This document shows, in pieces, positions 1 through 12,347 of a DNA stretch of 64,000 bases. Under the pieces are notes generated by a model, which had not been told where the DNA came from, made no database searches, and saw only the letters and a list, made by a program, of their open reading frames with translations. Position 1 is the first letter of the stretch. Each line of letters opens with the position of its first letter. The translations under genes were made by a program, and so were the position numbers. The DNA comes from Ranitomeya imitator (lineage: Eukaryota): the NCBI RefSeq assembly GCF_032444005.1, contig NC_091290.1:132184001-132248000 (forward strand), read 5' to 3'.

Positions 1-1149
1 TCTTTAGTGGGGTCTTGGGTATTCCGGATAGTTTCTACAGCATTGGTGCCATCAAAGGAAAGTTCAAGAGAAAACCAATCCTGCTCTCATTATGGAGGAT
101 GAGGGCCCTGACACGGACTTATACAGTTTACCTTCTGACTTTGGAGCTTTGGCAATAGATTCTTAACGCCTTGTCTGCTGGTGAACTTATAGGGAACCTT
201 CAGGGTATTGACAGTCAGAGTAACTTTGCTGCTTCACTATTGCAGTTCCAGATTCAGACACATGTACGGGGGTACAGAAGAGACGCCGTGCAAGTGCCAT
301 GCCTTCAATTCAGGGGTTCCAGGACCGTCATGGATCACCGAATGCCCATCCTAAATCTGGGCCATCAATGTACAACATTCCCAAAATATTTGTGCAAAGA
401 GGATAAAATGATCATGAAGCTGAATAACCGTGGTAACAAGCCTCAGCACTAGATGGCGCTGTGCTCTCAGCCACCGTTCTACACACTGACAATATGAATA
501 AAGATTCATAAAATATAATTCTGCAAAACTGATATTTTCCCAAGATAATGCACGGATTCCCAACTCTAGTTTTGTATTAATTGATAACCACATATTGTGA
601 TTCCATGGAGCTACAGAGATTTAAAAGGGTTATCCAGACTTTTAAAGGGAGGATTTTTCTATATAATCTGATGTAGAGGCAGAGACCTTGATTCCAGAGA
701 TGTGTTACTGTTTCAATACAATCAGTGTTTTATTTGCAGGAGATTATCACTACAGGACTAGGTTTCTCGTGCCTCCTGGTCCAGCCACGTCCCCACCACT
801 TATTGGCTGTAGCACAGAAAGCAGCCAATCAATGATGTGGGCGGGGTTATACAAGGCTCAGCATTTGAGCTTTGCTAGATCTATAGATGTGAAAACTGTG
901 ATTGTATCACAACTGCTGCACCCAGAAAAACTCAGTGATACATCGCTGGAATCAGGGTCTCAGTCCCTACACCATGCTGCTTTCAAATTACTTATCAAAA
1001 ACTGAGAGACAGATTCTCTTTAAAATGGATAAACTATCAATATTAGATTGTGGGGGGGCTGATTTTTGGCACCGATTAGCTGACTGAAGGGACCACGGTG
1101 CTTATATGAAGGCGTCTTCGTAGTATACAGTCAGATTTTTAGTAGTGGC

Positions 1150-1610
1150 TATGCTTTGTCCCATTACAGGTTAATTCATATCTTCTAAGATGGATAATAT
1201 CGGATAGTGTTTATAAGTACGAGCAATTTTGCAATTTACTGCTTATTAAAATTTTCATCCGTTCTTGAGATAGTCCCACCTTTTGTTTACAGCTCGTTGC
1301 TTTGGAGACCGACCACCGCTGCTAGACAGCAGAACATGCTCAGTGCTTACAAACTCTTCTCTATTGATCTTGTAAGCGTGGTTTCAAAGTTGGACAGGAT
1401 CTCTGTAGCCTCCCAATCCTGGCGCAGCACTTACAAACTAAACAGCAGCGGAGGTCGGTCTCCTAGGCAACAAGCTGTAAACAAAATAAAAGTGTTAATA
1501 TCTCAAGAACGGCTGAAAAATTTAACAAGCAGTAAACTGGAAAAGTGCTTGTTTTTACGAGATCTATCCAACAATATTCATCTGTGACGATGGGAATAAC
1601 CTTTTCAAGG
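1150..1610. mobile_element. Fold-back TTAA-type (T2/Kolobok-like) MITE
   Basis: The left arm (gctcgttgctttggagaccgaccaccgctg) is the reverse complement of the right arm (cagcggaggtcggtctcctaggcaacaagc); same family as 42429-43093. Confidence 0.65.
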
Positions 1611-3894
1611 GAGAAAGCTGCAGTACCGGGCAGAGCTGCTGTTAAAGAACAATGCAAAATTAGGTGTAAACAACAAAGAGGCAGCAACCCCTTGAAATAG
1701 CTGATGGACAGGGGCGCAGGGACTCAGAGCAGGATCTTCTTCAATATTGGAGTCTTACGTAATTCTGATGACAATATTACAAGGAACGTTCCTGTATTTG
1801 GGACATGCACACCCCTGGTGAATATTCCAGCCATTCACCATGACAGCCAGGTTAAACATTTGCTGACATGGTCGCCTCCAGAGATCACCGAATCCCAGCG
1901 TAGGATCACGAAGGAAATCCTCTACCTGTCATCAGTAGAGAACAAGTGGGACTTAGGGAATTACAGAACAGCATGACAACACTGCAAAAATTAAAGGGCA
2001 CCCACTGCTGTGCACGTCCCCAACACAAAGACTATTTAGTAACCGCGATAAGGAGGCAAATGTTCCAAAAATTAGGCTTAATTCACATTAGCATCATGAA
2101 TCGGTGGTGCTATATGGATTGGGAAGATAAGAGCTGTTAATCCCCCCCCTCAAAAAAAAAAGGGTCCATAATGGTACATTGGAACTGGGGGGGGCAACAA
2201 CCTATATTGTGCATAATGCACATAATGGGGCAAGTATGCGATTTTGCAAAGGGTTAATATGGCACCTGGTTATCGCCGATCTAGTCCCTTCGGGTGCACG
2301 ATTAACCCTTTGAATGTCACAAGAGACATTTTAATGAGAGTGGAGATGTAATGGAGGTTCCGTTATTCTCAGACGCGCCGTGGAAATGTCGTACTGACGG
2401 ATGACACCCTCCCTACAATCTTTCCATAGACCTGCCCGTCCTGTCCCCCGGGGTCCTGAGCACAGGTGTGCAGTGCACGTACTTCATTTATTATAATTGC
2501 CCCTTTGGTGCTCGGCTGGGGCTTCCAGTGCAGGGGAGCAGCTGCGTATTAAGACACCAAGGTCACATTCCTGATGCTGGAGAGACCTGTGGGACCCCAG
2601 GTCTGGTTGCCTTGGACTGTCTGTATAATGGCAGAGGAAGAAGAACAAAAAAAAAAAGCAAATCTTCTCCCATCTGTCACTGCACATAAGCTGAATATAT
2701 TCCTCTACTATACTGGTGCCGAAACCCTGCGCGGAGCATTAGAGGAGCTTTGTACAGGGTAGATACATCGGGGGGCTCCTCGCTCCGTTCTTGACGTCAA
2801 AAATACTGTAGGACCCAGGTCAAGTGGATCTGGCATGGGTTGGATTTGCACCAAATTTTCCGTAGCATTGTGGCTTAAAACATAAAAAAAATAAATCCAT
2901 ATGTGAAATTGAGATTAAATTTTGCAGATTTTCGCCGCTGATTTTAGAGAAAAATTTGTTGAGACAAATTTGCAGCGAAAAAGTATCGCGTGGACAAAGT
3001 GTTCGAAATATCACTCATCAGAGTTGCCTAAGGTCAGGAGAACAGCGGCCAAACTGGAAAAGGAGAGCATTGTTTTTAATGAATGAACCGCGTTTTCCAT
3101 TTTTAAATTTTTTTGCCAAGAATATACATTTAAAAAAAAAAGGAAAAGAAGATTTTTGTTCACTATAATTTTGACACTTTTTTTAAACGGGTTTGAGCCA
3201 GATTTTTGGTTTTAAACACTTTGATGAATCCGGGCAGCTTCGGTCGGGAGGCGATCTCAATGAGAGTCATATCTTGATCCCTGGAGATAAATCGCTTCAT
3301 TGATTCCGTGTCCTATGAAGATTTATCTCCGGAGATCGCAGTTTTTCATCTTCAGCATCGTGTCCATTCACTTAATAGCCCTAATCAGAACGCTGGATCT
3401 ATGGATGCAATGATATTATCTCCCGCATATCTGGTGAGACAGGTTGGAAGTCTAGTTTTGAATCATTTCCGACACTGAACAAGAAGAGGAATATTTGTTT
3501 TTTGTGTTTTAGGATCATTTATGTTTTAAATGGGTCTTATGTGTCTCATCTCTGGCCATCAGGATTACATACTGGGTCCACAATACATATTAGATGAGTG
3601 TTGGGTGAACCCAGTGATCATCTACTGTACATGGTGCTGTTCCAACGGTCCCTGACCACAGATTTGGGTTATATCCTCTAATATTATTTAATGGCCTTCT
3701 GCTCGATTGACTTGATGAACGGTCTTGTAGGAAGGTGGATCTAGTTCCAGTCTAGATAGGTCCACCAGGGTCTTCTCCAACATTAAACATATATAAAAAA
3801 TGATTTAAAATTATAGATGCCTTTTAAGAAAGATAAGCAGTCGGCAAAAGTGTTCAGCAGTGGCTAGGGCATGGTGGGATCAGAAGACAAAAAA

Positions 3895-4647
<753 letters not shown>

Positions 4648-4784
4648 TATGGATAGGGTTTGACCTGATGGAACAACCCTTTTAACTCTATCCGTACAAA
4701 ACTTTGCAAATATATTTCTTTCCTAATCTTTTGGCTATGTTTTGTTTTATACCAATATGGTTTTATAATCGATCTCCAGCTTAC

Positions 4785-4985
4785 GAAACGCTCTCCAATC
4801 TGTCCTGAATGCGGCAGTCAGGGTCGTATTTCTGTCCAGCTGTTATACTGATGCATCCACATTGTGCCAGCCGTTACACTGGTTACCCGTCCGCTACAGA
4901 ATACAATAAAAACATATCACTGTCACCCTCAAAGCGCTCCATTGTGCTGCACCAACCTACATCTCCCTCATTTCTCTCTACCACC
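4785..4985 (+). mobile_element. Old L2 LINE ORF2 fragment
   Basis: Translates as LQSVLNAAVRVVF...TDASTLCQPLHWLPVRYRIQ*, homologous to the L2 at 12.3-13.6 kb. Confidence 0.8.
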
Positions 4986-5664
4986 ATACCATACTCTCCA
5001 AAAGTGCTGTCCTGCCCCACATCTCCCCGTCATCTGTTCATTGCCATATCCATGCTCTCCACAGTGTTTCACCACCCTCAATCTCCCTCGGCATCTCTAT
5101 CACCTTAGTCAGAGGTTAAAGCTTCTCTTATTATAGACTGCAAAAGGGTTTACAGTCAGTAGATCAAGAAGTGAGCGGAGTCAGACCACCCATCAGAAGA
5201 GCAACCCATCGTTAATGTCCAATAAGTGACCGCCCATATGGGGGCCTATTCTACAAAGAATGTGCAATGCTTGGGTGGTCCTGCATAAGGCGTCAGTTTA
5301 CAGTTTTGTCGTAGATGAAAATAAATAACGATCTTGGCGAGAATAAGAAATGTCCGTTCCCAATAAATCCCATGCAAAACTACACTCAGCTCAAGTTGTA
5401 CATGAATAAGTAATAACGCCGCCATAGGAAAGACGTTCACCTTTCTCCTGGATGACTCCTCGGAGGGTCAATGTATCATTCTCATCTATGGCAGCCGGTC
5501 GCCAGGGAGGACGGTTTTGGGAGCTTGCCATTCTTACAGTGTTCCAGGATTCCTATCAGTCCCTGCGGCCGCGATGATTATCTCCATTGTTATTTTGCAG
5601 CAAATTAAGTTATCAGTCAGTGAGAAGATGTAAAAAAAAATAGAGATTGAAAAATCAGGAAGTA

Positions 5665-7955
5665 CGGCCTGTCTATTGTGGGGGCACTGCTGCTGTCATT
5701 ATTATGGGGGCACTGCCGGTCTATTGTCTCTTGTGGGGGCACTGCTGCTGTCATTGTTATGGGGGCAATGCCGGTCTATTGTCTATTGTGGGGGCACTGC
5801 TGCTGTCATTGTTATGGGGGCACTGCCGGTCTATTGTCTCTTGTGGGGGCACTGCTGCTGTCATTGTTATGGGGGCACTGCCGGTCTATTGTCTCATGTG
5901 GGGGCGCTGCTGCTGTCATTATTATGAGGGCACCGCCTGTCTATTGTCTCATGTGGGGGCACTGCTGTCATTATTATGGGGGCACCGCCTGTCTATTGTC
6001 TCATGTGGGGGTGCTGCTGTCATTATTATGGGGGCACCGCCTGTCTATTGTCTCATGTGGGGGTGCTGCTGTCATTATTATGGGGGCACCGCCTGTCTAT
6101 TGTCTTATGTGGGGGTGCTGCTGCTGTCATTATTATGGGGGCACCGCCTATTGTCTCATGTGGGGGTGCTGCTGTCATTATTATGGGGGCACCGCCTGTC
6201 TATTGTCTCATGTGGGGGTGCTGCTGTCATTATTATGGGGGCACCGCCTATCTATTGTCTCATGTGGGGGTGCTGCTGCTGTCATTATGGGGGCACCGCC
6301 TGTCTATTGTCTCATGTGGGGGCGCTGCTGTCATTACTATGGGGGCACCGCCTGTCTATTGTCTCATATAGGGGCACTGCTGCTGTCATTATGGGGGCAC
6401 CGCCTGTCTATAGTCTCATGTGGGGGCGCTGCTGCTGTCATTATTATGGGGGCACCGCCTGTCTAATGTCTCATGTGGGGGCACTGGCTGTCTATGGTCT
6501 CATGCGGGGGTGCTGCTGCTGTCATTATTATGGGGGCACCGCCTGTCTATTGTCTCATGTGGGGGCACTGGCTGTCTATTGTCTCATGCAGGGGTGCTGC
6601 TGCTGTCATTATTATGGGGGCACTGGCTGACTCTTGTGGGGGCAGTGCTGCTGTCATTAAGAGGACTGTCTCTGGTGGAGGCACATGTTATATCTCATGG
6701 AGGCACTGCTGTTGCTGTCATTACTATGGGGTTTCTGGCTGTCTGCTGGGGCGCTGCTGCTGTCAATAATAAGGGGGCACTGGCTTCTTGTGGGGGCGCT
6801 GCTGCTGTCAATAATAACGGGGAACTGGCTTCTTCTTGTGGGGGCGCTGCTGCTGTCATTAATAAGGGGGCACTGGCTTCTTCTTGTGGGGGCGCTGCTG
6901 CTGTCATTAATAAGGGGGCACTGGCTTCTTCTTGTGGGGGCGCTGCTGCTGCCATTAATAAGGGGGCACTGGCTTCTTCTTGTGGGGGCACTGCTGCTGT
7001 CATTAATAAGGGGGCACTGGCTTCTTCTTGTGGGGGCGCTGATGCTGCCATTAATAAGGGGGCACTGGCTTCTTCTCGTGGGGGCGCTGCTGCTGTCAAT
7101 AATAACGGGGAACTGGCTTCTTCTTGTGGGGGCGCTGCTGCTGTCATTAATAAGGGGGCACTGGCTTCTTCTTGTGGGGGCGCTGCTGCTGTCATTAATA
7201 AGGGGACACTGGCTTCTTCTTGTGGGGGCGCTGCTGCTGTCATTAATAAGGGGGCACTGGCTTCTTCTTGTGGGGGCGCTGCTGCTGTCATTAATAAGGG
7301 GGCACTGGCTTCTTCTTGTGGGGGCGCTGATGCTGCCATTAATAAGGGGGCACTGGCTTCTTCTTGTGGGGGCGCTGCTGCTGTCATTAATACGGGGGCA
7401 CTGGCTTCTTCTTGTGGGGGCGCTGCTGCTGTCATTAATAAGGGGGCACTGGCTTCTTCTTGTGGGGGCGCTGCTGCTGTCATTAATAAGGGGGCACTGG
7501 CTTCTTCTTGTGGGGGCGTTGCTGCTGTCATTAATAAGGGGGCACTGGCTTCTTCTTGTGGGGGCGTTGCTGCTGTCATTAATAAGGGGGCACTGGCTTC
7601 TTCTTGTGGGGGCGCTGATGCTGCTGCTGTCATTAATAAGGGGGCACTGGCTTCTTCTTGTGGGGGCGCTGCTGCTGTCATTAATAAGGGGACACTGGCT
7701 TCTTCTTGTGGGGGCGCTGCTGCTGTCATTAATAAGGGGGCACTGGCTTCTTCTTGTGGGGGCGCTGCTGCTGTCATTAATAAGGGGGCACTGGCTTCTT
7801 CTTGTGGGGGCGCTGATGCTGCCATTAATAAGGGGGCACTGGCTTCTTCTTGTGGGGGCGCTGCTGCTGTAATTAATACGGGGGCACTGGCTTCTTCTTG
7901 TGGGGGCGCTGCTGCTGTCATTAATAAGGGGGCACTGGCTTCGTCTTGTGGGGTG
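5665..7955. repeat. Compound G-rich minisatellite (~55/52/49-bp units, then a 48-bp unit)
   Basis: Units such as ggcaccgcctgtctattgtctcatgtgggggtgctgctgtcattattatggg (5665-6630), then ~25 copies of ttaataagggggcactggcttcttcttgtgggggcgctgctgctgtca (6740-7950). Confidence 0.97.
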
Positions 7956-8104
7956 CAGGTTACATCCCCGCTATTGCTGTATATATTTGGGATAACACTA
8001 ATAAAAGGCGGGAAATCCACAAGCTTCATTGAACACCAGAAAGAACACGAGCGCGATAGCGACGACTATCTTGGACTCCCGCAGCTTCCGTAACTAACTG
8101 CAGC

Positions 8105-8222
8105 AGACACCCACGTGATCACCGTGTCATGTGACTCCAGGCCATCTCGCGGAGGCGGAGTCATGTGACCGGTAGTGCACGTCCTGGGTTGTTATTTCTG
8201 TGGGAGGACCAAGATGGCGGTG
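8105..8222. promoter_or_regulatory. TRAPPC2L promoter with E-box/M-box (CLEAR-like) cluster and YY1 motif
   Basis: CACGTGA at 8112-8118, GTCATGTGAC at 8126-8135 and 8160-8169, and a YY1 motif AAGATGGCGG at 8211-8220 overlapping the start codon; the region is CpG-rich. Confidence 0.65.
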
Positions 8223-8246
8223 TGTGTGGCTGTCATCGCTAAGGAG
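8214..8246 (+). CDS. TRAPPC2L: TRAPPC2L coding exon 1
   Basis: ccaagATGg Kozak context; [11 protein letters not shown]; donor GAG|gtgagc. Confidence 0.95.
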
Positions 8247-9329
8247 GTGAGCAGATCTGTGCGATATCGGCTGATCCATCTAGTGCTGGTCTATGAAGGA
8301 GGAGCCCTGGAGGGCAGCTGTGGTCTTATCTGAAGCTGATGGTTTAAAGAAGGATTTTATTGGTCTTGATGAGACTTGTAGTCCCTCAACCCACATTGAG
8401 CTTGACAACTCGGTGCCGCTTCTAGTTTCTGATTGTGAAGAGATACTGGGAGTTGTAGTGCTTCGGATGGCCTCACAACGTCCATTTTGCATGTGCTGTT
8501 CACTTTATATGCTGGGAGTTGTAGTTCATCATGGGGTTTTACAGCTCCCAGCATGCATCTGGTATTTTAAGATTATAGGGGTTGTAGTCAATCTAATTTT
8601 AAAGCAACTCCTAGTATTTATCTACTATCTTTTTATTATCTGCTGGGAGTTGTAGTTCTCCATAGGTTTGTACATCTGCTGTTTTCTGGTTTGGAGTTGT
8701 AGTTTGTGTCTAGAACCTGCAATGACTGAATCACGGCGCATAATGAAGGGGCTGTCATGGGGGTCTGTCCTGGACATGGGGGTCTCATCACGACCCTTAC
8801 GCTGTAATGATAACTCACCGTGTTGGTCTCTGTTGCAGAATTATCCCCTCTACATCCGCAGCATTCCCACCGAGAACCAGCTGAAGTTCCACTACACGGT
8901 GCACACCTCCCTGGACGTGGTGGATGAGAAGATTTCCGCCATGGGGAAGGCGCTGGCGGATCAAAGAGAACTTTACTTGGGACTTCTGTATCCCACAGAA
9001 GACTACAAAGTGTATCCTCCATAGGAGAAACCCCAGCTGTGACTAGGGAGAGGGGAGGAAGTGGCTGCGGGTGAAAACTACAACTCCCAGCATGCTCAGC
9101 AAAAGCCTGAAGCTGCCAGAGCTTAGTCCTCATCAGCTGGGGAGCCTCAGGTTATGTGCACACTATGGCTCTTTTCATGCAGAACCTGCCTGAAAAAAAG
9201 AGCAAGAAAAAAAATCAAAATATATATTTTATAGCCGATATATTAATATATAAAAAAAATAATATATACTCTTAAATAAATATAAATATATATATATATA
9301 TTCTTAAATATATATATATATACTCTGGA

Positions 9330-9372
<43 letters not shown>

Positions 9373-10170
9373 CACACACACACTCACTCTCTTTAGTTAC
9401 CCTTCCTGGGTCCGGTGGCGAGTCTCAACTGCGGCTTCTCGTATCTTAATGACTGTCCTGTCCAGAGCGCTGCAGCCATTAATTGAGCTTCCCAAGTTGA
9501 CGTTACTTAATGATCAGCTGCAGCGTTGTGACGTCAGCCCTGCAGACAATACCATGAGCCACGATGGAGACTCGGTGCTGGACCTGGGGAGGATGAGTAA
9601 AGCAGATCTATGACACGGGAGATAGAGGTTTTCTAAAACCTGAAAACTCCACTAACCTGCCCAAAATATCGGATAGGATGATCCTTAATTTTGTCTTCAG
9701 TTATGGCTACGTCACAAACTCCAAAGTCAAGTTTGTCATGGTGGTGGACTCCTCAAACACCGCTCTCCGGGACAATGAGATCCGCAGTGTGAGTACACGA
9801 CCTCTGATTCTACATTTGTATGTTAGGTGATTTTATTTACATCAATATGTATATTATGGAATTGCTATACATGCATTTTCCTAACATAGGATAGGAGATT
9901 GATGACATTTCGATATTCTTTATTGATCCCTTTTATGAATATGTCTTTATTTAACCCATCAGATGTTTCGGAAGCTTCATAACTCCTATACAGATGTTAT
10001 GTGTAACCCCTTCTATAACCCCGGAGACCCCATTCAATCACGGTAAGTCTTAAAGGTACATCGCTAAATTTCCATTTGTGACGTCAAATGTATCTTTTAT
10101 CACCTTTTTTTTCCTTATTTTCAGGGCCTTTGATAACACAGTCGCCTCCATGATGGTAGCGGCGTGTTGA
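8214..10170 (+). CDS. TRAPPC2L: Trafficking protein particle complex subunit 2-like, 5 coding exons, 139 aa
   Basis: Exons 8214-8246, 8839-9011, 9701-9788, 9963-10042 and 10125-10170 join with GT-AG ends and consistent phases (420 nt). They give [139 protein letters not shown], a recognisable sedlin-family TRAPPC2L. Synteny with PABPN1L and CBFA2T3 agrees. Confidence 0.97.
8446..9095. promoter_or_regulatory. Cluster of ZNF143/THAP11-type ACTACAAnTCCCAG motifs
   Basis: CTGGGAGTTGTAGT at 8446, 8512 and 8643; variants at 8539 and 8691; ACTACAACTCCCAGCATGC at 9077-9095. Confidence 0.5.
8839..9011 (+). CDS. TRAPPC2L: TRAPPC2L coding exon 2
   Basis: tgttgcag|AATTAT; NYPLYIRS...PTEDYK-V; donor GT|gtatcctcc. 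Confidence 0.96.
9012..9700 (+). other. U12-type (minor spliceosome) GT-AG intron, TRAPPC2L intron 2
   Basis: The 5' site is GTATCCTcc (U12 consensus RTATCCTTT). A branch-point-like TCCTTAAT lies about 10 nt before the AG, with no long polypyrimidine tract. Confidence 0.85.
9701..9788 (+). CDS. TRAPPC2L: TRAPPC2L coding exon 3
   Basis: tcttcag|TTATGG; [29 protein letters not shown]; donor gtgagt. Confidence 0.96.
9963..10042 (+). CDS. TRAPPC2L: TRAPPC2L coding exon 4
   Basis: catcag|ATGTTT; [27 protein letters not shown]; donor gtaagt. Confidence 0.96.
10125..10170 (+). CDS. TRAPPC2L: TRAPPC2L coding exon 5
   Basis: ttttcag|GGCC; [17 protein letters not shown]. Confidence 0.93.
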
Positions 10171-11419
10171 ATTACGTCCACAGATCAATTTAAAGTGTCC
10201 GATGCCAGTTCCTATAACTTTGTATTCACAGCACATATGTCTGTTACTGTTGATTCTTTCCAGTGGGCTATTTACTGCTGAACAACCCTATTATCTAGCA
10301 GTCTTACATGTGTAACGTGGCAGGAGGATATCATAGAACAGACTTCTTATCTTCATATGTGCATGAGATGCAAGGAAATTACAGAAGGTTCTTTTTGGAC
10401 TTTAAGGGAGTAGTCGGATGAAGAACGCAACGCTAGGACTGGCAGTCGGCGCTCTCGACATCTACATAATGTCACAATCTGGTCGTCCAGTCCGAGCATT
10501 GCGTTGTGACCCTCGTCTGAGTTATATGACTGTCTGATTTTCCCCTAATAGTGATGACTTCTAGTTGAGAACGGTAATTAATTAAATAAGTGGCAGAAGG
10601 ACTCCTGTGACCCTAACAATTAATTGATTGGAAGTCATGGCACAGCGCCTTACATTGTGTAGCAGTAGGTGCTATGAATGGTACACTTATGACGAGTGCG
10701 TCTGATCGCCATTAATATTAAAGTTCCTTTAAGGGCTATTCCTGCTCCGTTGACTCTCAGATCAGTATTGTAGGGTCAGTGACATCACATCTCCTACTAC
10801 CACCTGCCAATCATACAACCCAGCAGGTATCGGTAAATGTGACTTCACCAGTGTCACTCCTGATGGAGCAGAAGAGCCCTTTAGTTTATCCATAGGTTTA
10901 CAAATGGCTATCACCACCTAGTATCACTCATATGCAATTTTAACACTTGCCTGAGTAACAGCTAATGTATTATACTCGCCCCATTTGGCATAATTCTTAC
11001 ATAGACATTGCATTAACACATCAGTGTGACACATCCTAGTGCCGTCTGATTTTTTTTTTTCTTCCTTATTGATGGGCGATCTGCGAGACTCAGCTTGTCC
11101 TATTCTCACGAGTCTTGGGTCATCAAAGTCTATTTGGATCACTATATAACAGATGCAAGGAAGGCAGACATTGTATATCAGCATCTCATTCTTTAACTGA
11201 TCCAATGGATAAAAATAAGACTTGCCTGTTTCAGACAAAAAAAAAAAAAAGCAACTAGGATGAAACCTGAGGCCGCAAGACACAGATGTGTGAATGTAGC
11301 CTTATAAAAGACATGTAAATGAGTATTGCTAGAGCCATCTCCTCCCATCCAAGCTTGCAAAAGGGTCATTAAATGCCCCCAGTGTGAATTAATCTTCATC
11401 TTGTGTATGTGATGTATGG

Positions 11420-11425
11420 AATAAA
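11420..11425 (+). terminator. Candidate TRAPPC2L polyadenylation signal
   Basis: AATAAA about 1.25 kb after the stop codon, with TGTA motifs just upstream and GT-rich sequence downstream. Confidence 0.45.
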
Positions 11426-12347
11426 TTGTACAATGTGTCAGTAGAATTCTTGTGCATTAATCCACGCGCTCTGAATGGCGTACAACACATGAAAACCATC
11501 ATTTAAAGGGCCACGTAAAGTTCCTGTGAGTTGAAGCAGGCTCCTGGAAGACCTTATTTCCAGATTTAAATCAGGTTTATTAGAATTTCACATGGAACCT
11601 GCTTTTAATAATTGATATTTCATTAGAAAATATTTTCACACCTTAACCGAATTTTGCATATGCGCACCTTGTGTATGGATAAACTAAGGACAAGGATCAC
11701 AATCAGATTAGAGTTGTTTTCAATCACACTAATATCAGTTTCTCAGGAATCAAGGGGGAAAATCCCCATAAACATCTGATTTTATGAATTTAGCCTTTAA
11801 AGACCCCCATATATAATAGATTAACGTCAGCCATACCCAGCAATAGCGGTGGCATTGGCTGACCGTCTAATTTGATATAGTGGCCCCGACTCTCCTCCAG
11901 CAACATGACTTTTGGGTGAAAAAAAAAAAAAAAAGTTGGAGGGTTTAATTTCTAAGTACCTTCTTTTGATTTTCTGGAGATATCATGGAGAACACAGGAG
12001 CTGCGCTCCCCTGCTGAGGTAGGGTAGTGGTCAGGAGAGATGACCGTCAGCGGAATGATTGGTTCAGTCGACAGCTATGATGTATGGGAGTTGGGGGGGG
12101 TAGTTAGGGCAGACAGCCGGTGGGGAGAGATAAATGACTTATTGCTGCCTTTGAACAAAAAGGAGGTATTTGGATGCCACAACCTCTGCATGATAGAAAA
12201 TAATGTTTATGTGCCAGTACATTTAATTGTAACCACAACCCCAGCAATAAGCTGTACAGTGGGAGGAATGGGCCACTTGACCACTGATTAGTGATTGCCG
12301 GGTTTATACATTAGTCACCTACTGAGGACAGGCAATTAATGTCCATT

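Noticed and set aside
1870-1900. LGFGDL resembling the sulfatase (GALNS) MGWGDL motif
   Set aside because: Only six residues match. The flanking sequence and intron position do not fit GALNS, and the CxPSR motif is absent.
5647-8093. Long plus-strand ORFs (327, 262, 557 and 395 aa) resembling Cys/Gly-rich or Leu-rich proteins
   Set aside because: They are translations of the minisatellite. Several frames are open because the units lack stops, and there is no domain or splice support.
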